A DNA stretch of 64,000 nt from the NCBI RefSeq assembly GCF_009914755.1, contig NC_060928.1; one strand, given 5' to 3'. The stretch is from the human T2T-CHM13v2.0 reference genome, Homo sapiens. Below are positions 59,485-64,000 of this stretch, piece by piece. Under the pieces are notes generated by a model, which was not told where the DNA came from, did not search any database, and saw only the letters and a program-made list of their open reading frames with translations. A program made the position numbers and the translations under genes. How positions within the stretch are numbered: the first letter of the stretch is position 1; every line of letters begins with the position of its first letter.

Positions 59485-62400
59485 ATTTTCTTTCTTTCAT
59501 TATATTTTAAGTTCTGGGATACATGTGCAGAACGTGCGGGTTTGTTACATAGGTATACATGTGCCATGGTGGTTTACTGCACCCATCAACTTACAATCTA
59601 TATTAGATATTTCTCCTAGAGCTATTCCTCCCATTGCCCTCCACCTCACAACAGGCCCCAGTGTGTGATAGTCCCCTCCCTTTGTCCATGTGTTCTCATT
59701 TTTCAACCCAACTTATGAGTGAGAACATGCGATGTTTGGTTTTCAGTTCCAGTATAGTTTGCTGAGAATGATGGATTCCAGTTTCATCCATATCCCTACA
59801 AAGGATGTGAACTCATTCTTTTATATGGCTGCATAGTATTCCATGGTGTGTACGTGGCACATATTCTTTATCCAGTTTATCACTGATGAGCATTTGGATT
59901 GGTTCCAAGTGCTTACTATTGGAAATAGTGCTGCAATAAACATACATGTGCATGAGTCTTTATAGTAGAATGATTTATAATCCTTTGGGTACATAGACAT
60001 TAATGAGATTGCTGGGTCAAACGGTATTTCTGGTTCTAGATCCTTGAGGAATCGCCACACTGTCTTCCACAATGGTTGAACTAATTTACACTCCCAACAG
60101 TGTAAAAGCATTCCCATTTCTCCACATTTTCTCCAGCATCAGTTGTTTCCTGACTTTTTAATGATTGCCATTCTAACTGGCATGAGATGGCATCTCATTT
60201 TGGTTTTGATTTGCATTTCTCTAATGACCAGTACTGATGAACTTTTTTTTTATGTTTCTTGGATGCATAAATTTCTCCTTTTGAGAAGTTTCTGTTCATA
60301 TCCTTCATCCACTTTTTGATGTTTTTTTTTTTTTCCTATAAACTTCTTTAAGTTTCTTGTAGATTCTGGATATTAGCCCTTTGTCAGATGGATAGATTGC
60401 AAAAATTTTGTCTCATTCTGTGGGTTTCCTGTTCACTCTGATGATAGTTTCTTTTGCTGTGCAGAAGCTCTTTAGTTTAATTAGATCCCATTTGTCAGTT
60501 TTGACTTTTTTGCCATTGGTTTTGGTGTTTTAGTCATGAAGTCCTTGCCCATGCCTATGTCCTGAATGATATTGCCTAGGTTTACTTCTAGGGTTTTTAT
60601 GGTTTTATGCCTTACATTAAAGTCTTTAATACATCTTGAGTTAATTTTTGTATAAAATGTAAGGAAGTGGTCCAGTTTCAGTTTTCTGCATATGGCTAGC
60701 CAGTTTTCCCAACACCATTTATTAAATAGGGAATCCTTTTCCAATTACTTGTTTTTGTCAGGTTTGTTGAAGATCAGAGGGTTGTAGATGTGTGGTGTTA
60801 TTTCTGAGGTCTTGGTTCCGTTCCATTGGTCTATATATCTGTTTTGGTACCAGTACCATGCTGTTTTGGTTACTGTAGACTTGTAGTATAGTTTGAAGTC
60901 AGGTAATGTGATCCTTCCAGCTTTGTTCTTTTTGCTTAGGATTGTCTTAGCTATATGGGCTCATTTTGGTTCCATATCAAATTTAAAGTAAGTTTTTTTT
61001 AATAATTCTGTGAAGAAAGTCATTGGTAGCTTGATGGAAATAGCATTGAATATATAAATTACTTTGGGCAGTATGGCCATTTTCATGATATTGATTCTGC
61101 CAATCCATGAGCATGGAATGTTTTTCCATTTGTTTGTGTCCTCTCTTATTTCCTTGAGCAGTGTTTTGTAGTTCTCCTTGAAGAAGTCCTTCACATCTCT
61201 TGTAAGTTTTATCCCTAGGTATTTTATTCTCTTTGTAGCAATTCTGAACAAGAGATCACTCATGATTTGGCTCTCTGTCTATTATTGTGTATAGGAATGC
61301 TTATTATTTTTGCACATTGATTTTGTATCCTGAGACTTTGCTGAAGGTGCTTATAAGCTTAAGGAGCTTTTGGGCTGAGACGATGGGGTTTTCTAAATAT
61401 ACAATTATGTCATCTGCAAACAGAGACAATTTTACTTCCTCTCTTCTTATTTGAATACCCTTTATTTCTTTCTCTTGCCTAGTTTCCCTGGCCAGAACTT
61501 CCAATACTATATTGAATACAAGTGGTGAGACAGGGCATCCTTGTCTTATGCTGGTTTTCAAAGGGAATTCTTCCAGCTTTTTCCCATTCAGTATGATATT
61601 GGCTGTGGGTTTCTCATAAATAGCTCTTATTACTTTGAGATAAGTTCCATCAATCCCTCATTTATTGAGTGTTTTTTTAGCATGAAGGGGTGCTGAATTT
61701 TATTGAAGGCCTTTTATACATCTATTGAGCTAATCATATGGTTTTTGTCATTGGTTCTGTTTATGTGATGGATTACGTTTGTTGATTTGCTTATGTTGAA
61801 CCAGCCTTGCATCCCAGGGATGAAGCCTACTTGATTGTGGTGGATAAGCCATTTGATGTGCTGCTGGATTCGGTTTGCCAGTATTTGATTGAGGATTTTC
61901 GCATCAATGTTCATCAGGGATATTGACCTGAAATTTCCTTTTTTTGTTGTGTCTCTGCCAGGTTTTGCTATCAGGATGATGCTGGCCTCATAAAATGAGT
62001 TAGGGAGGAGTCCCTCTTTTTCTATTGTTTGGAATAGTTTCAGAAGGAATGGTACCAGTTCCTCTTTGTACCTCTGTTAGAATTCGGCTGTGAATCTGTC
62101 TGGTCCTGGGCATTTTTTGGTAGGTAGGCTTTTAATTACTGCCTCAATTTCAGAACTTGTTATTGGTCTATTCAGGGATTCAACTTCTTCCTGGTTTAGT
62201 CTTGGGAGGGTGTATGTGTCCAGGAATTTATTCATTTATTCTAGATTTTCTAGTTTATTTGTATAGACGTGTTTATAGTATTCTCTGAGGGTAGTTTGTA
62301 TTTCTGTGGGAACAGTGGTGATATTTCCTTTATCATTTTTTATTGTGTCTATTTGATTTTTCTCTCTTTTCTTCCTTATTAGTCTCGCTAGCTGTCTATC

Positions 62401-64000
62401 TATTTTGATAATCTTTTTAAAAAACCATTTCCTGGATTCACTGATTTTTTTTGAAGGGTTTTTCGTGTCTCTATCTCCTTCAGTTCTGTTCTGACTTTAA
62501 TTATTTCTTGTCTTCTGCTAGCTTTTGAATTTATTTGCTCTTGCTTCTCTAGTTCTTTTCATTGTGATGTGAGTGTGTTGATTTTAGATCTTTCCCACTT
62601 TCTCATGTGGGTATTTAGTGCTATAAATTTCCCTTTAACACTGCTTTAGCTGTCTCCCAGAGATTCTGGTACATTGTGTCTTTGTTCTTATTGGTTTCAA
62701 AGAACTTAGTTATTTCTGCCTTCATTTCGTTATTTACCCAGGAGTCATTTAGGAGCAGGTTGTTCAGTTTCCATGTAGTTGTGTAGTTTTGAGTGAGTTC
62801 CTTAATCCTGAGTTTTAATTTGATTGCACTGTGGTCTAAGAGACTGTTCGTTATGATTTCCATTCTTTTGCATTTGCTGAGGAGTGTTTTACTTCCAATT
62901 ATGTGGTCAATTTTAGAATAAGTTATATGTGGTGCTGAGAAGTATGTCTGTTCTGTTGATTTGGGGTGGAGAGTTCTGTAGATGTCTATTAGGTCTGCTT
63001 GGTCCAGAGTTGAGTTCAAGTCCTGAATATCCTTGTTAATTTCTGTCTTCTTGATCTGTCTAATGTTGACAGTGGGGTGTTAAAGTCTCCCACTATTATT
63101 GTGTGGGAGTCTAAGTCTCTTTGTAGGTCTCTAAGAACTTGCTTTATGAATCTGGGTGCTCCTCTATTGGATGCATATATATTTAGGATAGTTAGGTCTT
63201 CTTGTTGCATTGATCCCTTTACCATTATGTAATGCCCTTCTTTGTCTTTTTTGAGTCTGTTTTATCAGATACTAGGATTGCAACTCTTTTTTTTTTCTTT
63301 CCGTTTGCTTGGTAAATATTCCTCCATCCCTTTATTTTGAGCCTATGTGTGTCTTTGCACGTGACGTGGGTCTCGTGAATACAACGCACTGATGGGTTTT
63401 GACTCTTTATCCAATTTCCCAATCTGTGTCTTTTAATTGGGGCACTTAGCCCATTTACGTTTAATGTTAATATTGTATGTGTGAATTTTATCTTGCCATT
63501 ATGATGCTAGCTGGTTATTTTGCACAATTAGTTGATGCAGTTTCTTCATAGTGTTGATGGTCTTTACGTGTTGGGATTTTTTTGCAGTGGCTGGTATAGT
63601 TTTTTCCTTTCCATCTTTATTGTTTCCTTCAGGAGTGCTTGTAAGGCAGGCCTGGTGGTGACAAAATCCCTCAACATTTGCCTGTCTGTAAAGGATTTTA
63701 TTTCTCCTTCATATATGACGCTTAGTTTGGCTAAATATGAAATTCTGGTTTGAAAATAATTTTCTTTAAGAATGTTGAATATTGGCCCCTACTCTCTACT
63801 GACTTGTAGGGTTTCTGCAGAGAGATCTGCTGTTATTCTGATGGGCTTCCCTTTGTTGATAACCTGACCTTTCTCTCTTGTTGCCCTTCAAATTATTTTC
63901 TTCATTTAAACCTTGGTGAATATGAGGATTATGTGTCCTGTGGCTGCTCTTCTCAAGAAGTACCTTAGTGGTGTTCTCTGTACTATTTGAATTTTAATGT
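59485..64000 (-). mobile_element. Long L1PA (about PA7/8): 3'UTR, whole decayed ORF2 (about 63499-59703) and 3' part of ORF1; runs off the window
   Basis: Minus ORFs 63225-63422, 63016-63225 (IVGDFNTPL), 62621-63019, 61714-61914, 61304-61561 (LFADD), 60961-61263, 60481-60744 and 59821-60117 are colinear ORF2 pieces; many frameshifts. Confidence 0.97.

Overview
This is AT-rich, gene-poor primate (human-like) nuclear DNA, either intergenic or deep intronic. It is dominated by interspersed repeats: about 19 Alus (J, S and Y types), young L1PA and old L1M LINEs, L2/MIR relics, a full-length THE1 MaLR provirus with a perfect 5-bp TSD, solo LTRs (THE1, MST, MLT1, MER51, MER31 and others) and DNA transposon relics (MER53, MER44, Tigger2). 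No intact protein-coding gene is supported; the long ORFs are decayed L1 ORF2, THE1-internal, Alu or low-complexity read-throughs. Unique-sequence candidates are a possible promoter/non-coding first exon at about 11.2-11.7 kb (+), a 122-nt non-coding exon at 33.5-33.6 kb (-) and a possible terminal exon at about 1.0-1.3 kb (-). The most notable structures are a probable twin-primed (5'-inverted) old L1MB, a local 79-bp inverted duplication of a MER31 segment, stacked and nested insertions that order events in time, a 25-bp minisatellite and a perfect GATA-containing hairpin. I found no evidence of a novel biological system. Repeat family calls come from recalled consensus motifs, not from a database search; boundaries of old repeats are approximate.
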